This document shows, piece by piece, positions 1 through 9,000 of a DNA stretch of 64,000 nt. The stretch lies in the IMG/VR virus record IMGVR_UViG_3300042544_000912, positions 32,001-96,000 of that record; one strand, given 5' to 3'. The notes beneath the pieces were generated by a model. That model was not told the origin of the DNA. It was given only the letters and a program-made list of their open reading frames with translations, and made no database searches. Each line of letters starts with the position of its first letter. Position 1 is the stretch's first letter. The position numbers and the translations under genes were made by a program. This DNA is from a virus.

Positions 1-17
1 ATTTAGTCCTTCATTAA

Positions 18-614
18 TTAAACTGGTATTACAAACCATCTTTTGTAAGTAAATGTTACGGGTAATCTAATAGGTTGTGTGTTGCTATTAGACATTTGAA
101 TTGGTGCAATTGATCTAGGAAATACATCTTCTAATTCCCATTTAGCAACTACTTCATCTTTATTATTTAATGCAGTTACTATCATACCACCATAGTATTT
201 GTTTGGAAAAGCAATTTCTCTAGTTCTATTATTAATAATTCCGCGCATCCAATCGCCGAAAAAGTCTTTTGCTGCCCAAGTAACATCAACTAAAAACGTA
301 AGCGTAATTGAGTCTCCGCCAAAATCAATCGCTGTCGCACGTTGCTCGTTTAAGTTGTTAGCTCTAAACGGTTTTGTGCCGAGAAGTATTCCTGGAACCA
401 TGGCATCTTCGACAAAAAGAGATAGATGTTCTGCCGAACGACCAGCAGATGTCAAGTGTGTTGCCATCGCTTGACCGCCCGATACTCTTTTACCATCTTC
501 TCCCATTAGATTTGCAGGAGGAATTATCTGCACCTCGAATCTATGAGAACGAGCAAAATCTCTCTTTCTGGATTCGGCGCGAAAAGTTGCCAAGCTATTA
601 TGTGCTTGTTCCAT
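18..614 (-). CDS. gp54: Baseplate tail-tube initiator (T4 gp54-like, tail-tube fold)
   Basis: gp19/gp54-type motifs (RSHRFEVQI, SITLTFLVD, KWELEDVFPRSIAPIQM, LPVTFTYKRW); lies next to gp2/gp4 as in aquatic T4-like phages. Confidence 0.75.
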   Translation of the reverse strand: MEQAHNSLATFRAESRKRDFARSHRFEVQIIPPANLMGEDGKRVSGGQAMATHLTSAGRSAEHLSLFVEDAMVPGILLGTKPFRANNLNEQRATAIDFGGDSITLTFLVDVTWAAKDFFGDWMRGIINNRTREIAFPNKYYGGMIVTALNNKDEVVAKWELEDVFPRSIAPIQMSNSNTQPIRLPVTFTYKRWFVIPV

Positions 615-1192
615 TAAATCTTGCTCCTAGTATCTCTGAAAACAGTTTCTTTTGTTGCGCCAACAAATGCTTCAACTGGCAAGAATATTGCTGCCTTCCA
701 ATCTGCAGGATTGATTTTCATGAATTGTGATTTTACATGTGTTGTCAAATAGTGCTTGATGCACGGTTTAATTTCGGGTGCAGTCTGCAAACTGTTCAAT
801 AGATTATATGACAGTCGCATTTTGCTATTGGGTGTAAGCGTTTTGGAATCCGCAAAGTTCATTAATTCACCCAAAACTTTTGCTCTTAGCATGTAAGGTA
901 AATAGTGAACGTTGATTCCGTAGAATCCGCCTTTGGCTGGACCGAACGGTAATACTAAAGGAAAGGTATCGTAAAACGGAAGTTCGTTTTTAAACTTCGG
1001 GTCGTAGAAATACATATACATCGCGCCAATCTCTACCTTACTGGTAAGACTGCCGATATCAGATTTCAGAACGGTGTTTCCAGAAACTCTTGCGCCCACT
1101 AGACTTTTAACGTTGCGCATATACCATTCAATGGACTTCTGTCCATCTCCTATCTGCGCACGAAGTTTCTGAAAGGCGTTATTTGATGCCAT
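614..1192 (-). CDS. gp2: DNA end protector protein
   Basis: GAMYMYFYDPK..LPFYDTFPLV and GFYGINVHYLP motifs typical of gp2. Confidence 0.88.
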   Translation of the reverse strand: MASNNAFQKLRAQIGDGQKSIEWYMRNVKSLVGARVSGNTVLKSDIGSLTSKVEIGAMYMYFYDPKFKNELPFYDTFPLVLPFGPAKGGFYGINVHYLPYMLRAKVLGELMNFADSKTLTPNSKMRLSYNLLNSLQTAPEIKPCIKHYLTTHVKSQFMKINPADWKAAIFLPVEAFVGATKETVFRDTRSKI

Positions 1193-1314
1193 TAACGGCC
1201 CTGACCTCTATACTTCTTAAAATTGCGGCGCTTATGCTTATTCATGGTGCTCATTTTCACCCCTTTGCGGCGAGGCGCAAATACTGTCTTTGAATTTCCT
1301 GATGCTTTAGCCAT
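1192..1314 (-). CDS. 40-aa very basic microprotein MAKASGNSKTVFAPRRKGVKMSTMNKHKRRNFKKYRGQGR (not in the ORF track)
   Basis: Translated by hand; AAGGAG RBS (plus-strand ctcctt 1324-1329); its TAA overlaps the gp2 ATG (TAATG); the C-terminal KKYRGQGR motif is familiar from small ORFs of aquatic T4-like phages. Confidence 0.8.
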   Translation of the reverse strand: MAKASGNSKTVFAPRRKGVKMSTMNKHKRRNFKKYRGQGR

Positions 1315-1337
1315 TGTATAATCTCCTTAGTCTATAT

Positions 1338-1793
1338 TTATGCTTTAATTCCAAGTTCTTTTTCAGTTAATATCATAAATTCCCAGCCATTGTCTTTGCA
1401 GAATTCAGTTGCATACTTCCACTTGGCTTGATTTACTCCCCACGCAATAACTTCATTGAGAAATTGTTTTGTCTTTCTTTTAGGAATTTTGGGTTCTCTA
1501 ACGAACTTGGCTGGTTTAATTTCAATCAAGTATTTTTTTACTTGACCACTGCTTTCTTGAACTTTCATATAAAAGTCCACAAAGTATCGGTGAACTCTAT
1601 TGTCTTTAGGTGAAATATAAGGAATAGCCAGCTCTTCTGATCCCCATTCCAATATGTTTGGATTACTATCGCACCATTTCATAAACTTCAATTCCCAACT
1701 AGAACGATATACAATATTGTTGGGATTCCCAATATACTTTTTAGGATTTTGTATTTTATAGAGACCCTTCATAGTCTCCTTTGTATAGGTCAT
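1338..1793 (-). CDS. gp4: Head completion nuclease
   Basis: KGLYKIQNPKKYIGNPNNIVYRSSWELKFM, HRYFVDF, LIEIKP and NQAKW motifs; start moved to ATG at 1793 (MTYTKETMKG). Confidence 0.9.
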   Translation of the reverse strand: MTYTKETMKGLYKIQNPKKYIGNPNNIVYRSSWELKFMKWCDSNPNILEWGSEELAIPYISPKDNRVHRYFVDFYMKVQESSGQVKKYLIEIKPAKFVREPKIPKRKTKQFLNEVIAWGVNQAKWKYATEFCKDNGWEFMILTEKELGIKA

Positions 1794-1800
1794 ATAAATA
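1793..1800 (+). promoter_or_regulatory. T4-type late promoter TATAAATA upstream of gp48
   Basis: Exact consensus 35 nt before the ATG at 1836. Confidence 0.8.
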
Positions 1801-1835
1801 GTCCAAACTGTAAACTCAATAGGATATTTATCTTC

Positions 1836-3014
1836 ATGGCTGATGCCCCACCACAAAAAAGAGATGCGGCCGCGGTGCAGGCCACACCTGAAGTTCCAAA
1901 TAGAAGATTCAATAGAGATACTTTCAATCAGGGTGAGATGGTAAATCCCTTCAATAAGGGAAGCATTTATGCATCAACAGATAATCTAAAATACCCAGAA
2001 GGATTGAATGCACCCGATAGTGAATACACGCATTGGATTGCATTTTATCCTCTAGTTAGAGAAGGCACAACGGCAGCCGCTGCATTGAACGGAAGAGGCG
2101 CTGTATTTGAAACTTCTGGTCAACAAAGAGTAGATGCAGAACATGCCACTGCGGCAGGCGCGGCACAAGGCGCAGTTTTGGGCGCACAAACAGGCGGAGT
2201 TGCTGGTATTGCGGGTATGAAAGATGCCATGGGTGGCACTGGTGGTCTGTCTAGTTTCTTTAGAGCGGCTGGGGTAGCCGTCGCAAAAACTGTAGGCGGT
2301 GCAGTCATTGGGGGAGCAGGTGGCGCGGCATTGAATGCAATCGGTGCAAGAAGGCTGATTATGGGAGCTAAAGCCGTCGTCTTGGGCATTCAAGATAAAT
2401 TGAGCTACGGGTATGCTGCAAACTATGATGTTGCTGATTTGGGTGGTATTGTTGGCGCTGCGGCGACTGGAAACTTTAGCGGCGAAGCAAGTTTAGGTGA
2501 AGCCGCTTATGATACGGGTGCCCTAGCTGCCAGAAAGTTGGCTAAACTTGCTGGTGCCATCGGTGGTAATTCGGTAACAAATCTAAAAGAAGCTACATCG
2601 AAAGCAGTTGAAAACCCATACAAAGAACAGCTATTCAAGAATATGGGATTCAGAAAGTTTGGATTCGAATATAAGTTTGCGCCGAGATCATTGGAAGAGG
2701 GCAACAAGATTTTTGGAAAAAACGGAATCATCGAAACATTTATCAATCATATGCATCCAGAGCCAAGTGCCGCGGGCGTATTTTTGATTTATCCTTCCGA
2801 ATTTCTGATCGTGATTTATCACAATTCTGGTAAAGAAAATAAATATGTCCGCAAAATCTCTAACTGTGCGCTTACTGGTTTCAATATTGATTACGGCGCA
2901 GAAGGCTTTACTACTTTCCAGGGTACACAGGGTATGCCTACCGAAGCTACTATCAGACTAGAGTTTACAGAACTTGAAACCTTGACAAGTAAGAGAACAA
3001 AGTTAGGATATTAA
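1836..3014 (+). CDS. gp48: Baseplate tail-tube cap
   Basis: LKYPEGL, ENPYKEQLFKNMGFRKFGFEYKFAPRS and CALTGFNIDYG..MPTEATIRLEFTE; start moved to ATG 1836 after the late promoter. Confidence 0.85.
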   Translation: MADAPPQKRDAAAVQATPEVPNRRFNRDTFNQGEMVNPFNKGSIYASTDNLKYPEGLNAPDSEYTHWIAFYPLVREGTTAAAALNGRGAVFETSGQQRVDAEHATAAGAAQGAVLGAQTGGVAGIAGMKDAMGGTGGLSSFFRAAGVAVAKTVGGAVIGGAGGAALNAIGARRLIMGAKAVVLGIQDKLSYGYAANYDVADLGGIVGAAATGNFSGEASLGEAAYDTGALAARKLAKLAGAIGGNSVTNLKEATSKAVENPYKEQLFKNMGFRKFGFEYKFAPRSLEEGNKIFGKNGIIETFINHMHPEPSAAGVFLIYPSEFLIVIYHNSGKENKYVRKISNCALTGFNIDYGAEGFTTFQGTQGMPTEATIRLEFTELETLTSKRTKLGY

Positions 3015-3016
3015 TA

Positions 3017-3508
3017 GTGTCGTATTTTAGTAATTTTCCATCAGGTATGCTTAAAATTGGAAACGAGTATAAGTATGTCACTGATATTTTCCGAAGAGTA
3101 TATACCAAAACTCCTTCCGTGAACTACTCGGAGATTGAGACTGTTACTGTTCCAGACGGTTACACAATAGAACAAGCAAGCGATCTATATTACGGTGAAG
3201 CAACATACCACTGGGTAATTGCTATTATCAATAATTATGTGGATATCAGAGAAGAATGGCCAAAGTCTAATGCCGACCTATTAGAATATTGTAAACTAAA
3301 ATATGGCGGACTGGAAGAAATTTATCAAGTGCATCACTATGAGGCTGACGGTCTAATTGTGCAATCTTCGTATGTGGGAACGAAAACAGAAGTTACTAAT
3401 ATGCAGTATGAAGAAAAACTGAATGATGTTAAACGAGAGATTAAAATATTGCGCCCAGAATATTTAACATATTTTGTAAACAAATTCCAGACACTAATTT
3501 CAAGGTAA
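3017..3508 (+). CDS. gp53: Baseplate wedge subunit
   Basis: MSYFSNFP start, LYYGEATYHWVI, EEWPKS, VHHYE and KREIKILRPEY; follows gp48. Confidence 0.88.
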   Translation: MSYFSNFPSGMLKIGNEYKYVTDIFRRVYTKTPSVNYSEIETVTVPDGYTIEQASDLYYGEATYHWVIAIINNYVDIREEWPKSNADLLEYCKLKYGGLEEIYQVHHYEADGLIVQSSYVGTKTEVTNMQYEEKLNDVKREIKILRPEYLTYFVNKFQTLISR

Positions 3509-3514
3509 AATATT

Positions 3515-5077
3515 ATGGATCAGTATGACGAGTCAGAATTTGGTCAACCAGAACTCGATCTAGATGCATTCAAAGAACGTTCACCTGCTTTACTGCAAAA
3601 AGCTGGAGATGTTGTTTATAATGAGGTGCTTCTGATTTCTGAGGGCGCAGGTGTGATTGATATTAAAGACTATGTAGTTGAAATCAATATCTATGAGGAT
3701 ATGTTTTCGCCATGTCTGCACGGAAACATCATCATTCGTGATACACAGAACTTAATTGAAAAAGTTCCTTTAATTGGCGATGAAATTTTGACGTTAGATA
3801 TTTCTACGCCCAAAATTACTGATTTGCCTTATGACCCCACAAACTGCATTCAAAAATCTTTTGCGGTTTATGCTATCAAGAATCGCATTCTTTCGAATGA
3901 AGATAAAGAGCAACTATATGCACTACACTTTATATCTATGGAGGGTATGCGAGATAACGTAACATATCTTTGTCAAAAATATGAAGGCACTACAGACGAG
4001 TGTGCCCAAAAAGTTTTCGATGAGGTTTTTAAAGAAATACCTCGTTATCTAAATGGTAAGAATACCGAAGCAACCGCTCCCAAGACGGGCATATACATTA
4101 GCGATCAGCCACATACTTCTAAGATATCGTTTTTGCCACCTATGTGGACACCATTTCAAATTATGAATTATCTGGCAAAGAGATCGATTGGTACTACGGT
4201 ACCAGATGCGCCGACCTATCTGTTCTACGAAACCACTAAGTCATTTTACTTCTGTTCTGTTAGTGGTCTTATTAAATCTCAGTTAGACGCTGGATACGTG
4301 GCAAATAAATTTAAATACCGCAAGAAAGAATTTAATGAGCAATTAGGTGAAGATGCTATCCGGGCGGGTTACACTCATGTTGAAAATCTAGAATTCCTAA
4401 CTAACATGGATGTTCTTCAAGGTCAAGACTTGGGACATTTTGCAAGTTCTTTATGCACTCTTGATATGGTAAACAAAGAATATATCGGCACTGTCTACGA
4501 CCATGGATTTGAATTCCAGAAGTATCCGCATCTGGGTAATTATGAATCCACTCCCACTAGCGTCACTCCTACCAAGAAAGAAAAGAAATACAATTCAATC
4601 TTTCCGGCTAATGTGATTAGATCGTCGGACAGTAAAGTATTCATTGAAACCATTCATAAGGGCGTGCTAGATAATCAAGATGATGAACTAATGAATCTAC
4701 ATCCTGAAAGATATGTGCAACAAAGAAATAGTTTGTTCTCTGATATTACAACGTTGAAAATGAAAATTACTGTTCCTGGTAGAACAAACATGGAAGTTGG
4801 TACGATTGTCGATTTAGATTATCCATCGGTATCGGCCGATAGAGATAAATCTGCGAGTGAAGATATACGAGACAAATGGATAAGTGGTTACTATATGATA
4901 ACTGCAATACATCACCAAATAACAAAACTTAGACACAATGCAATATGCGAAATTTCTAAGGATTCATATTTGAACGATCTGGTTACTGTCACAGAAAATG
5001 CACCTACAACAGAAAAGCCAGCCGCAAACCCTCCCACAAATGCGCCGACACCAACAGCGCCCGCGCCAACCAGCTAA
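3515..5077 (+). CDS. Probable baseplate hub protein (gp27-like)
   Basis: EINIYEDMFSPCLHGNIIIRD, LPLIGDE-like and YLFYET motifs, C-terminal ITVPGRTNMEVG..SGYYMITAIHH; lies between gp53 and gp5. Confidence 0.7.
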   Translation: MDQYDESEFGQPELDLDAFKERSPALLQKAGDVVYNEVLLISEGAGVIDIKDYVVEINIYEDMFSPCLHGNIIIRDTQNLIEKVPLIGDEILTLDISTPKITDLPYDPTNCIQKSFAVYAIKNRILSNEDKEQLYALHFISMEGMRDNVTYLCQKYEGTTDECAQKVFDEVFKEIPRYLNGKNTEATAPKTGIYISDQPHTSKISFLPPMWTPFQIMNYLAKRSIGTTVPDAPTYLFYETTKSFYFCSVSGLIKSQLDAGYVANKFKYRKKEFNEQLGEDAIRAGYTHVENLEFLTNMDVLQGQDLGHFASSLCTLDMVNKEYIGTVYDHGFEFQKYPHLGNYESTPTSVTPTKKEKKYNSIFPANVIRSSDSKVFIETIHKGVLDNQDDELMNLHPERYVQQRNSLFSDITTLKMKITVPGRTNMEVGTIVDLDYPSVSADRDKSASEDIRDKWISGYYMITAIHHQITKLRHNAICEISKDSYLNDLVTVTENAPTTEKPAANPPTNAPTPTAPAPTS

Positions 5078-5102
5078 ATAGATCGATGGAGTAATTTGTA
5101 TT

Positions 5103-6029
5103 ATGATGGATAACAGAACAACTAATAACGTTGGTCAGTTTTACTGGTGGTTCGGCGTGGTCGAAGATCGCGACGACCCCTTACGCATGGGTAGATGCCG
5201 TGTTCGTATTATGGGCTATCACATAGATAGCAAAGAAATACTTCCTACCGAAGATTTACCATGGGCATTTCCAATTATGCCCGCAAACAACCCTTCTATC
5301 TCAGGTACAGGTACTTCATCAAACGGTGTCGTTACTGGTACTTGGGTAGTAGGCTTCTTCGCAGATGGGTCTGACGGTCAACATCCAATGTTCTTCGGCA
5401 CAGTCGGTGCTGTTCCTGGTGGACCATACGGAGATCCTTGTGCGCCCGCGGGTGGCAATTCAGCAAGCGATACCGGCGGTGAAACAGGCTCGTTCACTGA
5501 GCCAAGCGGAAATGCAAAGTCTTTAGAAGAGTATCTAGAAAAATTCTTAGATACAAATGGGCCCCAATTACCCAACTGGGGTCCAATGGCCAAAGCTGCT
5601 ATTATGGCACAGTGTGCCCATGAAACCGGAAACTTTGTTTACTTGAAGGAATACGGCTCAGAAAGTTATTTCACGAAATACGACCCTGGTAATCACAAAG
5701 ATGCTAGAGCTAACGGAAATACCCAGGTAGGCGATGGCGCAAAGTATAAGGGTAGAGGATATATTCAATTAACTTGGAAAAATAACTACATCAAAGCCGG
5801 GGAATATATTCGAAAAGATTTGCAGAATAATCCAAAACTCGCGGAAACCAAAGAGATTGCAGCAATGTTGGTAGTATGGTATTTCAAAACCCAACGAGCT
5901 AGAATTGGCAATGGTAATAAATGGGGTGATATCGTCGCTGTAACTAAAGCGGTTAACGGCGGAACAAACGGCCTTGACGATAGAAAAGCGAAGTTCGCCC
6001 ACTATAAAAAGAAGTATGGAATAGCATAA
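5103..6029 (+). CDS. gp5: gp5 N-terminal part: OB-fold fused to a glycoside hydrolase family 19 muramidase
   Basis: WWFGVVEDRDDPLRMGRCRVRIMGYH...LPWA OB-fold motif; GH19 signatures AQCAHETGNF, LKEY and YKGRGYIQLTWKNNY; lacks the beta-helix. Confidence 0.85.
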   Translation: MMDNRTTNNVGQFYWWFGVVEDRDDPLRMGRCRVRIMGYHIDSKEILPTEDLPWAFPIMPANNPSISGTGTSSNGVVTGTWVVGFFADGSDGQHPMFFGTVGAVPGGPYGDPCAPAGGNSASDTGGETGSFTEPSGNAKSLEEYLEKFLDTNGPQLPNWGPMAKAAIMAQCAHETGNFVYLKEYGSESYFTKYDPGNHKDARANGNTQVGDGAKYKGRGYIQLTWKNNYIKAGEYIRKDLQNNPKLAETKEIAAMLVVWYFKTQRARIGNGNKWGDIVAVTKAVNGGTNGLDDRKAKFAHYKKKYGIA

Positions 6030-9000
6030 TGTCATTACTACAAGCAACAAGTCTTATTACTTCTGGCGTAAAGTCATTAAAGACTGGCAAACTACCCGAT
6101 CTTGCATCTACTGTTAATGCGCTATCCTCCGCAGGTGTTTTATCTAAAGACGAAGCCAAAGTTGTAAAAGCAGGTTTGTCCCTAGCAAATACTGTTGCGC
6201 CAGGAACTTCTACAAATTTATCTATTGTTACAAATAGTCTTGCAACAGTTGGAATTTTAACCAAGACAGAAGCGGCCACTTTAACTAAACAGATAAACGT
6301 ATCTTCTTCGTCGTTATCAAGCAATACAACTGGTAATGTAAATAAACTGCTGGGAACTCTAACTAAGTCTGGTGTTATTGATGCTAATACATCAAAGTTA
6401 TTATCAAGCGGGATAAGTATTTTAACATCCGCATCTAATGGCAGCGTGAACGGTGTAATTACTGGCGCATTAAAGTTAGCGGGTGTCTCACCAAGTGTGG
6501 AAAAAGCCGCGGTTCAGATTATGCAGGCTGTTCCAACTACGATTGAAACATCTAAAGCAAGTTCCGGATATCAGACAACTACTACTATTTTACCAGATAT
6601 CGGTTCACCTGGCATTCTAACTAAAGATGATTGTGTTAAATTGCTTACCGCTTGCCAGATGGCAATACATAAAAAATATGTAGTAAATGGTAAGCGCAAT
6701 AACTGGCGCAAAGTTCACAATCGCGGTGAGTATGGTGCATATAGAATGTCCGTCTCACAATTGATAGACATTGATTTTCTAAAGCCAGAAATTCAAGAGT
6801 GGGCAGAAGAATGCATCCATTCTCGTCCTACTGGTCCGGGCGCGGCAGAAAGAATTAAGACTTACGCCGAAGCGGTTCAAGAAACAAATGGCGACTATGA
6901 TTTTGCTCCATTCAAGCGTGAAGCGGCAAACAATCTTCAATACTTCTTCCTGTATAATCCTATTCCTCTAGACCATGTTGCTGCCGTAAGAAGTATGATT
7001 ACATTCATTACTTCCGAAGAGATGCAGGACAAAGCGGCATATTATTATTTGAAGAAAGCATACGCCGATTTAAGTAATGCAAAGATCGTAAACGAACAAA
7101 CTCCAAAAACCACAATTGCGGGGCTTCTGGCAATTGCATTATGTGCTAAACTAGATGATGCTATTAGATTTTCTCAGGGTGTTATTAAGACTAATGCCGA
7201 TGGTATTTCGTCGAAGTATTGGTATGATACTGGTTGGAATGCTCTCGCTGAAACTCCTAAGACAACTAATAGCGATACACCCCTATTGAAAGAAGGTGTT
7301 CGTTCACCTACTACTGAAATTAGCACGAAGGCTCTGATCGAAACTGCTAAAGACTTAGCGGACGTTATGTCCGGTAAGAACATCAATGGTGTCGTTTCAG
7401 GTCTTGTCAAAAATGGTATACTGCCAGCAGATGTTGGCGGAATCGTTGAAGCCGGTCTTGGTATCGCAGCCTCTGTAATCAAAGACAAGCTGGCAGAAAT
7501 CGACAAGGCCAAAGATGCGCTGCTAAAAGCATCCAGTGTTTTGCCAGCAGGTGCAAGTTCTTCACTAAAATCTATTTCATCCATTTCATCTAAAGTAAAT
7601 GGGGTAACAAGTAAAGTTCCCTCTATCAGTAGCGTTGCGGCTAAAGCGAATGTTGCAACGGTAACATCTAATATTTCAGCTACTTCTAATGTAACATCTT
7701 TAGCCAAAAAGATCACAGCGATTGCTGGTGATATTGAAAATACTGCAACAACGGCTGTAGGTTCAGCCTTGGGTTCCGTTGGTGCAAGCGGTAAAGTAGA
7801 CCCAGCTTCGTTAAGTTTTATTGGTGAATCTCTAAAGTCTGGATTTGGTCTTGCTAATGACCCTCAGACGGCAGTGGTTAACGAATTGAATAGAAGAGGT
7901 ATGTGTCCTCCGGGGTCAACTGCACTTCTTCGCGCCGCAATCGATGGCGTAAGTGATCCTGCTAAGATTTCAGATTTGATTGCAGCCGAAACCAATAAAA
8001 TGGGTAATGTAGGCACGGCAATTCCGGCGCTTAATACCAAGATTATCGAACAGACTGGCGCTAAACCGGGTCTTGCGAATAAGTTTGAGGAAGCAAAAGC
8101 CGCTGCAATTAGTGCTATCGGTGTATCAAAGCCGGAACTTACCGCTCTAGTCAGTAGTGCTGGTTCAGCGTCGATGGAATCTCTTCAAAAGAAAGCGACC
8201 CAGGCTGCCGATAATATTTTGAATACTACAACAACTGCCGTTTCTGGTCTTGAACTTGCGAACAATCTAACTTCTGTTACAGCGGGTGCCGCTGACCCAG
8301 CAAGTGCCGCAGCCGCACTTGGCGCTTCTGCGGTATCAAATGTAACTGGTTCCGCATCCGCGGCAACCGATGCAGTTTCTGGTATTGCTGGTAACTCACA
8401 AGGAGCCCTTAACTCCGCAACAGGCAACGTTACAAATGCACTGTCAAACGCGGCATCAAACGTCACGGGAATGTTGGGTGGTTCTTCACCTACGACTACT
8501 GAAAAGCCAGCAGAAGGACAAATTGTTTCGTCGTTCTTGCCGGTATCACCTGCTTCTGTTCCTCCAACTCCTCAAACTGGTGCAGCGTCCGCAGACGCAG
8601 TTCCTGCGCTACCCTCTACTCAAATTGCGGCTGCGGTAGGAGGTCCAACGCAGGCTTCTTCACCACCTGTTGACCCCAATCCGATAAAGACTCCATATGG
8701 TTCTGTAGAAGTCTCATACCAATGGACAGCATCTAATGGTGTTGTTACGCTATCTGCTAAGGGTTCACCAATTGCGTCTGTAAACTTAATTGATAAGACA
8801 GATACTAAAACTCCACAATATGAAACATTGATTGCAGCAATAGATGGTGCAATTAAGCAAGAGCGTATCAATAATTATACACCAAGAGTTCCTAAAACTT
8901 TTGAACAGAATATTGGAAATGCTCTTTATCCGCAAAATAGCGGTGCTCTACCGCTCAGAGAAATTCCGATAATTGCTACAGTTATTCCGTTTATGGGTGA

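Noticed and set aside
6000-6031. Programmed -1 frameshift joining the two gp5 halves
   Set aside because: T-AAA-AAG is not a canonical X-XXY-YYZ heptamer, the -1 frame has a stop at 6005-6007, and no obvious downstream stimulator is visible; TAATG coupling explains the junction
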